A stretch of 64,000 nucleotides of DNA, from contig CAVUKA010000005.1 of assembly GCA_963741945.1 (NCBI GenBank), positions 587,434 through 651,433 of the forward strand, given 5' to 3'. The notes under the pieces are model-generated. The model saw nothing but the letters and a program-made list of their open reading frames with translations. It was not told where the DNA came from and searched no databases. The DNA is from an uncultured Gemmatimonadales bacterium. Its GTDB lineage: Bacteria; Gemmatimonadota; Gemmatimonadetes; Longimicrobiales; RSA9. The translations under genes were made by a program, and so were the position numbers. This document shows positions 20,902-32,572 of this stretch, piece after piece (the first letter of the stretch is position 1; each line of letters opens with the position of its first letter).

Positions 20902-22270
20902 ATGAGCTACGAGCATGGGGGTGAAGGCGCCTCCGTGGGGCCGCGCTGGCTGATGGCGGTCGTGATGGTGGTGGGGCTGGCGTGGGCCAGCGGGGCAGCC
21001 GCGCAGCGGATCATGTCGGAGCCCGGCCAGGTGATCACGCTCGCGAAGGGGGGCTCGGCGCTGCTCACGCAGCCGCAGCCGCTCAAGCGGGTGCTGGTGG
21101 GTGATCCTTCCATTGCCGACTACGCCCTGGTGTCTCCAGGCGAGCTGGTGGTGAACGCGCTCGCCGTGGGGTCCACCAGCCTGTTCGTCTGGGAGCAGGA
21201 CGGCGGCGTCCGCATGTACACCATTGCCGTCAGTCCCGACGTGGGCGCGCTCCAGCGCCAGATGGACCAGCTCTTCCCGCAGGCGGACATCCGCATCACC
21301 GCCAGCGGCCAGGCGGTGGTGGTCAGCGGCACCGTCCGCGATCCGCGCATCGCGCGCCGCGCCATGGAGATCCTCCAGAGTGGCGGCGCCGAAGTGATCA
21401 ACAACCTGGTGGCGCCCTCCGCGCAGCAGGTGCTGCTGCACGTGCGCTTCGCGGAAGTGGACCGCAGCATCCTGCACAACCTGTCCAGCGACCTGCGCGC
21501 GCTCAACCCGCACGAGTTCGGGAACGTGGAGAAAGTGGTGGGGTCGTCGCTGCAGACGCTGTCCGAGGGGATCGTCCAGCTGCTGCTCCTCGGCGACAAC
21601 GGCACCGAGCTCGACTGGTTCCTGCGCGCGCTGCGCACGCAGGGCTACTTCAAGAGCCTGGCCGAGCCGAACCTGGTGGCCATCGAGGGGCAGGAGGCCA
21701 CGTTCCTGGCGGGCGGCGAGTTCCCGTACCCGTCCGTGCAGGGCGGGCAGAACAGCCAGGTCAGCATCCAGTGGAAGGAGTTCGGCATCCGGCTCAACTT
21801 CACTCCGCGCATCATGAACGATGGCGGGATCCGGCTCGAAGTGGCCCCGGAAGTGTCCTCCCTGGATTTCGCCAACGGCCTGACGTTCTCCGGCTACCAG
21901 ATCCCGGCGCTGAACACGCGCCGCGCGGAAACGCAGGTGGAGCTGAAGCCCGGGCAGAGCATCGCCATTGCCGGGCCTGCTGAACAACGAGCACCAGAAG
22001 GACGTGGACCAGATCCCGATCCTGGGGCAGATCCCGATCATCGGCGCCTTCTTCAGCAACCGCTCCAGCCGCGACACGCAGACCGAGCTGCTGGTGATCG
22101 TCACGCCGTACATCGTTCAGCCCAGCGACGCGTCTCCCGCCCTCCCCACGGGCGAGCCGTCCACGTGGGAGCGCAGCAGGATATTCAACGAGACGGAGCT
22201 CCATCTCCCGATCGGCGAGCCGGCGGCCCCGCCCGCTTCCATTCCGGGGGGCGGCGGGCAGGAAGAGTAG
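20902..22270 (+). CDS. cpaC: Secretin CpaC/RcpA; frameshifted near 21973
   Basis: VGDPSIAD, QQVLLHVRFAEV, LAEPNL, FLAGGEFP, KEFGIRL; C-terminal GLL...IPILGQIPIIGAFF...TELLVIVTP continues in another frame after one extra base. Confidence 0.9.
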
Positions 22271-22277
22271 GGGAGCC

Positions 22278-23519
22278 ATGAACAAGCACCAGGACGCGGT
22301 GGTTTCCGGACGGCGGCAGGGCGTGGCCCTGCCGATCGTCGCGGTCATGTTGATAGGGCTGCTGGCCATCATCTCCCTGGCCGTGGACCTCGGAATGGCC
22401 TACACCGGCCGCGCCGAGGCCCAGCGCGTTGCGGACGCCGCCGCGCTGGCCGGCGCCAGCGCGTACCTGGACTTCACGCCCCCGGACGCGCAGGAAACGA
22501 TCGACGCTGCGGACGCGCGGGCGCACGACTACGTGGCGCGCAACGTCATCCGCAGCGAGCACATCGACCAGGACCAGGATGTCCAGGTGGACGTGATGCC
22601 GGAGACCCAGCGGGTCCGGGTGTGGGTCCGCCGCCGCGGCCTCGCGACCTGGTTCGCCAAGCTGTTCGGCGTCGATCAGATCGCCGTCACGGCCGAAGCC
22701 ACCGCGGAAGCCATGTCCGCCGGCGCCACGAACGATTGCCTCAAGCCGTTCGTGCTCCCCGACCTGTGGGATGAGAACGACCCGAGCCAGGACACGAACG
22801 GCGACAACTGGTGGGATAACGACGAGGACTGGGATTACAATCCAAACGATCCTGAGTTCCCCGATGAATATCAGGTCGCCCAAGCGGTCGGTGATACCGC
22901 CGCCACGGGATATGGCAGCGCATTCCGGAACGCCACGAGTGACTTCGGCGACGACTACGGCCGCCAGCTCATGATCAAGCCGGCGGACCCGAACGACCCG
23001 AAGATCGCGCGGCCGGGCATCTTCTACCCGTGGCGGATCGGCGAGTCCAGCGGCGCGAGCGATTACAAGGAGAACATCGTCACGTGCAACCCGGAGAACA
23101 CGGTGATCGGGGACGGGGACATCGAAACCACGGACGACCAGTACAGCCTGGAGCCCGGGAACATGATCGGCCCCACGTTCCAGGGCATCGGCGACCTGAT
23201 CGCCCTCGATCCGACCGCGCAGTGGCAGCCCGGCCAGGGCCCCGACGGCCAGGGCGCGGTGGTGGGCTCGGCGTATTCCGACTGGCTGAACCACAGCCCG
23301 CGTGTGGTGACCATCGGGCTGGTTGACCCCGGCATGCTGAACCAGGACATCAACCCCTCGGACAAGATCGAGTTCAACAACTTCGCCAAGGTCTTCATCG
23401 AGGCCCAGCCGAGCCGGAAGGACCCCGTGACCGCCCGGTTCCTCTACTACGTGCAGGGCTCCGGACCGTCCGGCAAGACGCAGAGCCCGCTCGTCAAGAC
23501 CATTCGACTTGTCCAGTAG
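22278..23519 (+). CDS. tadG: TadG-like pseudopilin/adhesin with Asp-rich C-terminal domain
   Basis: RQGVAL, LAVDLG...AQRVADAAALAGA motif. Confidence 0.85.
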   Translation: MNKHQDAVVSGRRQGVALPIVAVMLIGLLAIISLAVDLGMAYTGRAEAQRVADAAALAGASAYLDFTPPDAQETIDAADARAHDYVARNVIRSEHIDQDQDVQVDVMPETQRVRVWVRRRGLATWFAKLFGVDQIAVTAEATAEAMSAGATNDCLKPFVLPDLWDENDPSQDTNGDNWWDNDEDWDYNPNDPEFPDEYQVAQAVGDTAATGYGSAFRNATSDFGDDYGRQLMIKPADPNDPKIARPGIFYPWRIGESSGASDYKENIVTCNPENTVIGDGDIETTDDQYSLEPGNMIGPTFQGIGDLIALDPTAQWQPGQGPDGQGAVVGSAYSDWLNHSPRVVTIGLVDPGMLNQDINPSDKIEFNNFAKVFIEAQPSRKDPVTARFLYYVQGSGPSGKTQSPLVKTIRLVQ

Positions 23520-23528
23520 ACGGCCCAA

Positions 23529-24776
23529 ATGGATGATGCCAAGCTGAAGACCGCCGTCATATCGGGGAGCCGCGAGTTCCGGGAGACCGTGTCCCGGCTG
23601 CTCAAGGAGTTCCCCGAGATGCTGCGCGTGGTGAGCGATTTCCCGGTGCCCGCGGGCGACCTCGACAGCGAGATGCTCGAGGAGCTGCACCGGGACGATC
23701 CGGAGCTCATCATCGCGGATTTCAATGGCGACCCGGTCGCGTCGCTGCGCTACATCCGGCTGCTCTCGGATGCGCGCCCGTCGCGCCTCTTCCTCGGCGC
23801 CGGCCCGGAGCTGCCGCCCAAGCTGCTGATCGAAGCGATGCGCGCGGGCGTCTCCGAGTACCTGCCCATGCCGGTGGAGCCGCGGCAGCTGGACGAGGCG
23901 CTGCGGCGGGTGGGCCGGAAGCTCGGACGCGGCCCGTCGGCGGGGACGAAGGAGGGCGCCCGCATCGTGGCGTTCGCGGGCGCCAAGGGCGGAACGGGCG
24001 CGACCACGGCAGCGGTGAACGCGGCCGTCCACGCGCACGCGCTGACAGGCCGTCGCACGCTGCTGCTGGACCTGGACGTGGAGTACGGGAGCGTGGGCGT
24101 GATGACCGGCGTCGCCCCGAAGTACAGCATCCGGGACCTCGTTTCCAACCTGCACCGGCTCGATGAGAGCCTGCTGGAATCGCTCATCACCGAGCACGGC
24201 TCGGGGGTGCACGTCCTGCCCGCCCCGGTCCAGTGGGACGAAGCGGAGTCCATCCGGCCCGAAGACGTGCGCACGGTGCTCCGCCTCATCCGCCACCACT
24301 ACGACATGGTGGTGGTGGACGTGGCGCGCCCCAGCACCCCCCTCGCCCGGGTCGTGCTCGAGCAGGCGGACGCCATCTACCTGGTCCTGAACGCGGACCT
24401 CCCGTCGCTCCGCCACGCGAAGCGGATCATCGCCCAGCTCCAGACCGGGAACGGCCAGTCCCACGATCGCGTGCGCGTCATCCTGAACCGCATCACCGCC
24501 GGCGGCGAGGAGGTCACGGCGGCGGACGTCGACAAGACGCTGAACGTCCCCGTCGCCTTCAGGCTGCGGCAGGACGACGCCGCCGTGCTCCGCTCCGTGA
24601 ACGTGGGCGAGCCGGCGGTCTCGAACGGCTCGCGGTCGAAGTACTGCCAGGACGTGAAGGAGCTGGGCCTCGAGATCGCCCGGTCGGTGGACCCGGGCAT
24701 CGAGGAACAGGGGCGCGGCCTCCTTGGCCGGCTGTCCAGGAAGATCGGTGGCAAACGCAGCGGGAGCGGCTCATGA
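23529..24776 (+). CDS. cpaE: CpaE/TadZ (receiver-like + MinD/ParA-like ATPase)
   Basis: [32 protein letters not shown]. Confidence 0.9.
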   Translation: MDDAKLKTAVISGSREFRETVSRLLKEFPEMLRVVSDFPVPAGDLDSEMLEELHRDDPELIIADFNGDPVASLRYIRLLSDARPSRLFLGAGPELPPKLLIEAMRAGVSEYLPMPVEPRQLDEALRRVGRKLGRGPSAGTKEGARIVAFAGAKGGTGATTAAVNAAVHAHALTGRRTLLLDLDVEYGSVGVMTGVAPKYSIRDLVSNLHRLDESLLESLITEHGSGVHVLPAPVQWDEAESIRPEDVRTVLRLIRHHYDMVVVDVARPSTPLARVVLEQADAIYLVLNADLPSLRHAKRIIAQLQTGNGQSHDRVRVILNRITAGGEEVTAADVDKTLNVPVAFRLRQDDAAVLRSVNVGEPAVSNGSRSKYCQDVKELGLEIARSVDPGIEEQGRGLLGRLSRKIGGKRSGSGS

Positions 24777-26221
24777 GCACGGATGCGGGGGAACAGCAGG
24801 TTCGGCAGAAGCGCCCGGACGGAGGCGAGGGCCTCGAGCCGCTGGCGCCGCTCGCGCGGTCGGGCGACGCGGGCACGCGGACCATGGAGGACGTGCGCGG
24901 GCGGATCCACCGCAAGCTGCTGGAGCGGCTGAACCTGTCCAACCTGGACGGGCTCAGCCGCGAGGACGCGGCCGCGTCCATCAAGCCGGAGATCCAGAGC
25001 CTCCTGAGCGCCGAGGGCGTGGCGCTGAACCTGGAGGAGCGGGAGAAGCTGACGCAGCAGGTCCTGGACGAGATTTTCGGCCTCGGCCCGCTCGAGCCGC
25101 TCATGAAGGACCCGGACGTCTCCGACATCCTGGTCAACACGCACGCCCAGGTGGTGGTGGAGAAGTACGGCAAGCTGGAGCCCACGAACGTGCGCTTCCG
25201 CAACGATGCCCATCTCATGCAGATCATCGACCGCATCGTGTCCGCCGTGGGCCGCCGCATCGACGATTCTTCGCCCATGGTGGACGCGCGGCTCCCGGAC
25301 GGCTCGCGCGTCAACGCCATCATCCCGCCGCTGGCGCTGGACGGGCCGCACCTCTCCATCCGGAAGTTCAAGCGGGACACGCTTTCCGGTGACGACCTCC
25401 TGCGCAGCCGGAGCTTGACCGAGCCGATGCTCGAGCTGCTCCGCGCCGTGATCCAGGCGAGGCTGAACGTCCTGATCTCCGGCGGCACGGGCGCGGGCAA
25501 GACCACGCTGCTGAACATCCTGACGTCCTACATCCCGGCGAACGAGCGGATCGTGACCATCGAGGACTCCGCCGAGCTCCAGCTCCGCCAGCCGCACGTG
25601 GTGCGCCTGGAGACGCGGCCGGCGAACCTCGAGGGGCGGGGCGAGGTGGCGCAGCGGATGCTCCTGGTGAACGCGCTCCGCATGCGCCCCGACCGGATCA
25701 TCGTGGGCGAAGTCCGAGGCGGTGAAGCGGTGGACATGCTCCAGGCCATGAACACCGGCCACGACGGCTCCATCACCACGCTGCACGCGAACACGGCCCG
25801 GGACGCGCTGAGCCGGCTGGAGACCATGATCTCCATGGCCAACCTGCGGCTGCCGGAAAAGGCCATGCGGCAGCAGGTGGCCTCGGCCATCAACGTGGTG
25901 ATCCAGCTCAGCCGCCTCTCCGACGGCTCCCGCAAGGTGACCTCGGTCTCGGAGATCGTCGGCATGGAAGGCGACGTCATCACCATGCAGGACATCTTCC
26001 AGTTCGAGCGTCAGGGGATCAACGAGGAGGGCGACGTGGTGGGTCGCTTTCGCTCCACCGGGATCCGCCCGCGCTTCTCCGACCGGCTCAAGGCGCACGG
26101 CATCAACCTCGGCGAGCTGCTCTTCTCGAACACCGACGGTCCGGCGGCGCAGGAGAGCCTGCGATCGCTGCGCGCCGAAGCGGCACCGGGGCCCGGCCGC
26201 TCGCTCAAGGAGTGGTCATGA
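24773..26221 (+). CDS. cpaF: Pilus assembly ATPase CpaF/TadA
   Basis: [63 protein letters not shown]. Confidence 0.97.
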   Translation: MSTDAGEQQVRQKRPDGGEGLEPLAPLARSGDAGTRTMEDVRGRIHRKLLERLNLSNLDGLSREDAAASIKPEIQSLLSAEGVALNLEEREKLTQQVLDEIFGLGPLEPLMKDPDVSDILVNTHAQVVVEKYGKLEPTNVRFRNDAHLMQIIDRIVSAVGRRIDDSSPMVDARLPDGSRVNAIIPPLALDGPHLSIRKFKRDTLSGDDLLRSRSLTEPMLELLRAVIQARLNVLISGGTGAGKTTLLNILTSYIPANERIVTIEDSAELQLRQPHVVRLETRPANLEGRGEVAQRMLLVNALRMRPDRIIVGEVRGGEAVDMLQAMNTGHDGSITTLHANTARDALSRLETMISMANLRLPEKAMRQQVASAINVVIQLSRLSDGSRKVTSVSEIVGMEGDVITMQDIFQFERQGINEEGDVVGRFRSTGIRPRFSDRLKAHGINLGELLFSNTDGPAAQESLRSLRAEAAPGPGRSLKEWS

Positions 26222-27195
26222 GTCCCTGGATCCCCACCATCCTCGTCTTCGTGGCGGCGGCGTTCGCCACCGTGGCGGTGGTCCTCGTCCTGGAGGGCGG
26301 GCGGGCGTGGTACCGCCGGCGCGACGTGACGCGGCGGGTGGACGACATGCTGACGGGGCGCGCCGACCTGCCCGCGGACGCCACGGGCTCGCTCTTCCGC
26401 GAGCGGCGCCCGGAGGCGGGCGGCCTCGAGCTGCTCGTCGCCCGGTTGCCGAAGATCCGGGACGTGCCGGTGCTCCTCGAGCACGCGCGCAGCACGTGGA
26501 GCATGAACACGTTCGTTTTCCTGACCATCGGGCTCGCGGTGGCGTTCGGCCTGGCGGCCATGACCGCGGGGGCCGGCCCGATCGTGGCCGCGATCCTGGC
26601 CCTGGTGGGCGCGTGGCTCCCCTACGCCTGGCTGAAGCTTAAGAAGTCGCGCCACCTGAACCGGTTCGAGGAAGCGTTCCCGGAAGCCATCGACATGCTC
26701 GGGCGCGCCATCCGGGCCGGCCACCCCCTCTCCGCCGGGATCCAGATGGTGGGGCAGGAGATGCCGGACCCCGTGGGCGGCGAGTTCCGCACGCTTTCCG
26801 AGGAGTCCCGCTTCGGCGTGCCGTTCGCCGAGGCCATGATGGGGATGGTGGACCGCGTGGACCTGGTGGACGTGCGCATCTTCTCCACCGCCATCCTGGT
26901 CCAGCGCGAGGTGGGCGGCAACCTGGCGGAGATCCTGGACAACATCTCGAACATGATCCGCTCGCGCTTCAAGATCCGGCGCCAGCTGCGCACGTACACG
27001 GCGCAGGGCCGGATGAGCGGGATCGTGGTGGGGCTCATGCCCCTCGTGGTGGGCGTCGCCTTCTATTTCCTGAATCCGGAATACGTCCGGCTCCTGTTCG
27101 AGCACCCGATCGGCCGGGTGATGCTGGCGTTCGCCGTGGTCATGCAGATCTTCGGCTACTTCTGGATCCGCAAGATCGTCAACATCGAGATCTGA
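26218..27195 (+). CDS. tadB: TadB inner-membrane platform protein
   Basis: [35 protein letters not shown]. Confidence 0.93.
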   Translation: MSPWIPTILVFVAAAFATVAVVLVLEGGRAWYRRRDVTRRVDDMLTGRADLPADATGSLFRERRPEAGGLELLVARLPKIRDVPVLLEHARSTWSMNTFVFLTIGLAVAFGLAAMTAGAGPIVAAILALVGAWLPYAWLKLKKSRHLNRFEEAFPEAIDMLGRAIRAGHPLSAGIQMVGQEMPDPVGGEFRTLSEESRFGVPFAEAMMGMVDRVDLVDVRIFSTAILVQREVGGNLAEILDNISNMIRSRFKIRRQLRTYTAQGRMSGIVVGLMPLVVGVAFYFLNPEYVRLLFEHPIGRVMLAFAVVMQIFGYFWIRKIVNIEI

Positions 27196-27196
27196 C

Positions 27197-28123
27197 ATGA
27201 TTTCACTCATTGCGCTCAGCGCGGCCGTGGCCATCGGGCTGGTGGTCTACCTGATCGGACAGCTCATCCCGGCTCGCTCCGCGGCCGTCGACCGGCGGGT
27301 GACGGAAGTGGCCACGCTGTCGGAGGCCGCCGAGGCGGTCCAGCGCCGCCGCCGCCAGGAGCAGCGTCAGCAGCTCGAGGACCTGCTCGAGGTGGTGGGG
27401 CGGCAGCTCAAGGGCTACACCGCGGAATCGGAAGCGACCCGCGAGCTGCTCACCCACGCGGGCTACCGCAGCCCGAAGGCCGGGCCGATCTACTGGGGGC
27501 TCCGCTTCACGTCCGCGGCCGTCCTCGCCATCGGCGCGAGCGTGGTGCTGCCGATGGTGGGCGCGAAGGCAGCGATCACGGTCCTGGTGTCCGTGTACGT
27601 GGCCGCCATGGGCTTCGTGCTGCCGCTGCTCGTGGTCCGGGCCAGGGCGCGGCGCCGGCAGAAGGAGATCGTGCTCGCCCTCCCCGACGCGCTCGACCTG
27701 CTGGTGGTGTGCGTGGAAGCGGGGCTCGGGCTGAACCAGGCGTTCGTGCGCGTGGCCGACGAGATCCACCCGCTGAGCCAGACCATGGCCGCGGAGCTCC
27801 ACCTCCTCAACCTGGAGATCCGGGCGGGGAAGCCGCGGGAGGAAGCGCTCAGGAACGTCTACAACCGGACGGGCGTCGACGACCTCCGCTCCCTCACGCT
27901 CATGCTGATCCAGGCGGACCGCTTCGGCACGTCCATCGCCCACGCGCTCCGCGTCCACTCCGAGACGCTGCGTGACAAGCGGCGGCAGCGGGCGGAGGAG
28001 GCCGCGGCCAAGACCGCCATCAAGCTCATCTTCCCGCTCGTGCTCTGCATCTTCCCGGCGATGTTCGTGGTGCTGGTCGGGCCCGGCCTGATCCAGATCA
28101 TCGAAACGCTCGGCAGCATGTAG
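27197..28123 (+). CDS. tadC: TadC inner-membrane platform protein
   Basis: LPDALDLLVVCVEAGLGL, QADRFGTSI, AEEAAAK...KLIFPL. Confidence 0.93.
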   Translation: MISLIALSAAVAIGLVVYLIGQLIPARSAAVDRRVTEVATLSEAAEAVQRRRRQEQRQQLEDLLEVVGRQLKGYTAESEATRELLTHAGYRSPKAGPIYWGLRFTSAAVLAIGASVVLPMVGAKAAITVLVSVYVAAMGFVLPLLVVRARARRRQKEIVLALPDALDLLVVCVEAGLGLNQAFVRVADEIHPLSQTMAAELHLLNLEIRAGKPREEALRNVYNRTGVDDLRSLTLMLIQADRFGTSIAHALRVHSETLRDKRRQRAEEAAAKTAIKLIFPLVLCIFPAMFVVLVGPGLIQIIETLGSM

Positions 28124-28141
28124 CCGGAGATTCGAACCGAC

Positions 28142-28574
28142 ATGCGAGCGCTGCGCGTGGAGAACCGGACCAGGGATACCGTGCTCGGCACGCGCATCCG
28201 GCTGGCGGACGACCTGTTCGGCCGGCTCCGGGGCTTCCTGCTGCGCCCGGCGCCGGAGCCCGGGGAAGGGATCCTGCTCAGCCCCTGCCAGGGCGTGCAC
28301 ATGTTCGGCGTGCGCTATCCCCTGGACGTCCTGTTCATCGACGAGAGCGGTCGCATCCTGCGCGTCTACGAGGGGCTGCGTCCCTGGCGCTGGACCCCCG
28401 TCCACGGCGAGGCGTCGTACGCGCTGGAGCTCCCGCCCGGCACCGTCCGGGAAACGGGTACGCGCATCGGGGATGCGCTGACCTGGCTTCCCAACAGTGA
28501 TGCCAGCGGTCCGCCGCGGGAGCGGCAGTCACCGCGGGAGTCGGGCTCCGGCTCCCGCAGAACCGGAAAGCGGT

Positions 28575-28588
<14 letters not shown>
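28142..28588 (+). CDS. DUF192 family protein
   Basis: ADDLFGRLRG, VHMFGVRYPLDVLFID, ALELPPG. Confidence 0.85.
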
Positions 28589-29948
<1,360 letters not shown>

Positions 29949-29950
29949 GC

Positions 29951-30598
29951 ATGGCCGAAATGGATCAGAAGACCGAGCCCATGGAGATGCCGCCCGAGCT
30001 GGTCCGGGAGTTCAGGGACCTGGTCTCGGAGCGGGTGCGCGTCGAGACCGCGGCCATCCGGCGGAGGATGAAGGTGCTCGGCTGGTTCGCCGTGGTCCTG
30101 GCGCTGGTCGCGGCCGCCGGCACCGCCGGCGTCCTCTACTACGCTTTCTACCAGGGGCTCCCGGTCCTCACGTCTCCCACCGTCCGCACGCGCGAGGTGG
30201 TGCTCATGGGGGCGGACGGGAAGGCGCGCGGCTACTGGCGCGTGGACGAGGAGGGCGCGGCCCGCTTCGCCCTCACGGATCCCCGCGGCGTGGACCGGCT
30301 GAAGCTGACCCTGAAGACCAACGGGGAGCAGGGCGTCTCCATGGCCGACTCCACCGGCGCGGCGCGCGTGGTGCTGGGCTTCCTCGACGACCAGAGCGGC
30401 ACGCTCGGCTTCGCGGATGGCCGCGGCCAGACCCGGGGCGTCCTGGGCCTCACGCCGGACGGCGAGACCTCGCTCCTCTTCGCCGACCAGAACGGCGGCA
30501 CGCGGGCGGTCCTGGGCGTGCGGGCGGACGGCGAGCCGGAGTTCTGGTGGCCGGCCCTTCAGCAGGGGCAGACCGACACGGCCGGCGGCAGTCGCTGA
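29951..30598 (+). CDS. Membrane-anchored protein with 23-aa beta-repeat domain
   Basis: One TM helix followed by 4-5 repeats resembling G-x3-L-x-F-A-D-x2-G-x2-R-x2-L-G. Confidence 0.75.
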   Translation: MAEMDQKTEPMEMPPELVREFRDLVSERVRVETAAIRRRMKVLGWFAVVLALVAAAGTAGVLYYAFYQGLPVLTSPTVRTREVVLMGADGKARGYWRVDEEGAARFALTDPRGVDRLKLTLKTNGEQGVSMADSTGAARVVLGFLDDQSGTLGFADGRGQTRGVLGLTPDGETSLLFADQNGGTRAVLGVRADGEPEFWWPALQQGQTDTAGGSR

Positions 30599-30644
30599 CA
30601 TTCCACGGATCTGACTCCACCACCCATCACACGGATAACGGCGC

Positions 30645-32153
30645 ATGCGGTCAACTGGCGTGGAGGCACTGGAATCACGGCTCGGCGGGATCGACCCGAG
30701 CGGGGCTTTCCTGGTCGCGGGGCCGGAGGGGGTGGGGAAGAGCGTGCTCGGGCTCCACTTCCTCATCGCCGGTCTCGAGCAGCAGGAGCACTGCATCCTG
30801 GTCACCGCCAGCGACGCGGGCATGGTGGACGGGCGCGGCCTGTACATGGGCTTCAGCCCCGGCTCCATCTCCGAGCACCCCTCGCTGCAGGTGGTGGACA
30901 TCCGTGACGCCATCTCGCGGCTCGGCGTGTGGCGCGAGCGCCACGCACCCGTGGAAGCGCTCAAGCGGCTGGTCGGCCAGGGGCCGCGCCCCGTCACGCG
31001 CATCGTCATCGACGAGCTGCGCCACTTCCTCCAGGACTCGCACACGCCCCAGGCCACGGCACGGGCGCTCATGAGCTTCCTGGCCGGGTCCGGCGCGTCC
31101 GCCTACCTCATCGCCAGCAACGCCGACATGACGGCGCTCCCCGATGACGTGCTCCGCACCATCGAGGGCGAGGCGGCGGCCGTGCTGGAGATGGAGCCGC
31201 TGGGCCGCGGCCGCAAGCGCATCTCGTTCCGGAGCGTGCGGCAGAACAGCTTCTCCACCGAGCCGTTCCTCTACACGCTGCGCACGGGCGGCGGGATCGC
31301 GGAAGACCTGCCCGCGTACGAGCGCGAGGTCCGCACGTCGCTCCGTGGCACCATCGCAATCCTGGACGAAGCGGGCGTGCTGCCGGGCGAAGTGGTGCAG
31401 GCGCTCTCCACCAGCTTCGAAGTGGAGCTGTACAACGAGCTCCAGGGCTCGCTGGTCAAGCTCCTGGAAGCCCGCTACGGCGTGCTGGTGCTGGGCGTGG
31501 ACCCGTACGACCCGGAGCGCGCGTTCAACCTGACCTACACGCTCCGCAAGGCGGGCAACGGCGCGCCCATCCTCTTCGTGGCACCCAGCCGCGGGCTGCG
31601 CAGCATGACCCGCTCGCGCGGGCTCCGCATGGGCGGCGACGATTTCGTCCTCTCCGAGCTCCCGCCCGCCGAGATCGTGGAGCGGATCCGGATCAGCGCG
31701 GCCCGGGGGCACCACCGGCGCAACGGCTCGGTCCGTCCCGACCGGCAGCTGCAGCCGCGGAACGAGGCCGGCGAGCTGCGCCCGATGAAGGCGCACGAGA
31801 TGGCGCTGGCCGTGCGCGAGCTCGTCGACGAAGCGCCCACGCCCTTCTTCGCCCTGGCGCTGCTGGACACCCGCGAGCTGCTCAGCCCCACCGAGCTGTG
31901 GGAGTCGCTGCGTCGCCAGGCCCGGCTCAACGACGGGGACCTGGTCTCCATCCTCCCCGACGGCCGCGTGGCGCTGCTCATCAACCAGGTCGACCAGCAC
32001 CTGGCGAACCGCGTCCTCACGCGCATCCAGCGCTCGCACCCGGCGCTTCAGAACATCCTCGAAACCAGGGTCCTCACCAGCCCGCTGGAGGAGTCCGAGA
32101 TCGAGCGCTGGGCCACGCAGATCGGGCTGAAGAAGCTGGAAGCCGGAGGCTGA
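30645..32153 (+). CDS. KaiC/RAD55-like ATPase + atypical REC + degenerate GGDEF-like protein (copy 2)
   Basis: STGVEALE, Walker A GPEGVGKS, RIVIDE; YGVLVLGVDPY...GNGAPILF...LRMGGDDF; RLNDGDLVSILPDGRVALLI; clear paralog of 4566-6209. Confidence 0.82.
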   Translation: MRSTGVEALESRLGGIDPSGAFLVAGPEGVGKSVLGLHFLIAGLEQQEHCILVTASDAGMVDGRGLYMGFSPGSISEHPSLQVVDIRDAISRLGVWRERHAPVEALKRLVGQGPRPVTRIVIDELRHFLQDSHTPQATARALMSFLAGSGASAYLIASNADMTALPDDVLRTIEGEAAAVLEMEPLGRGRKRISFRSVRQNSFSTEPFLYTLRTGGGIAEDLPAYEREVRTSLRGTIAILDEAGVLPGEVVQALSTSFEVELYNELQGSLVKLLEARYGVLVLGVDPYDPERAFNLTYTLRKAGNGAPILFVAPSRGLRSMTRSRGLRMGGDDFVLSELPPAEIVERIRISAARGHHRRNGSVRPDRQLQPRNEAGELRPMKAHEMALAVRELVDEAPTPFFALALLDTRELLSPTELWESLRRQARLNDGDLVSILPDGRVALLINQVDQHLANRVLTRIQRSHPALQNILETRVLTSPLEESEIERWATQIGLKKLEAGG

Positions 32154-32163
32154 GGAGGCAGCT

Positions 32164-32559
32164 TCAGCCGGACGTCCCGGACCGCTCCTCTCTGCCCTCC
32201 CACCGCCCCGACTGGATCCGCCGGTCCGGGACGAGGCCGGGCCCCAGCCCGGGGCCCGCCACGTACGTCCAGCACCCTCGCCCGTCCACTTCCACGCCCA
32301 CGCGACGGAACAGGCCCTCGGCCACGCCCTCGTAGCGATCCAGGTCCGGGAGGGCGTGGGCCGGGCAGCGCCAGATCTCGCCGGAAATGCGGTCGTCGCC
32401 GGCCAGGAGGAGGGCCGGGTAGTCGCCGACATCGTACAGCGTGCCGCGCACGGAGCCCGGGCCGACGCGCTCGCAGCGGGCGAGGAGCGCGCGCGCTTCC
32501 GCCGACGCCGCCCCCGCTTTCAGTGACCCGTAGGTGAACAGGTGGAACAGCCCCTTCAT
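32164..32559 (-). CDS. Gamma-glutamylcyclotransferase family protein
   Basis: LFTYGSLK, GTLYDVGDYPAL, GEIW, LDRYEG. Confidence 0.88.
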   Translation of the reverse strand: MKGLFHLFTYGSLKAGAASAEARALLARCERVGPGSVRGTLYDVGDYPALLLAGDDRISGEIWRCPAHALPDLDRYEGVAEGLFRRVGVEVDGRGCWTYVAGPGLGPGLVPDRRIQSGRWEGREERSGTSG

Positions 32560-32572
32560 CCGACCTCCTCCA

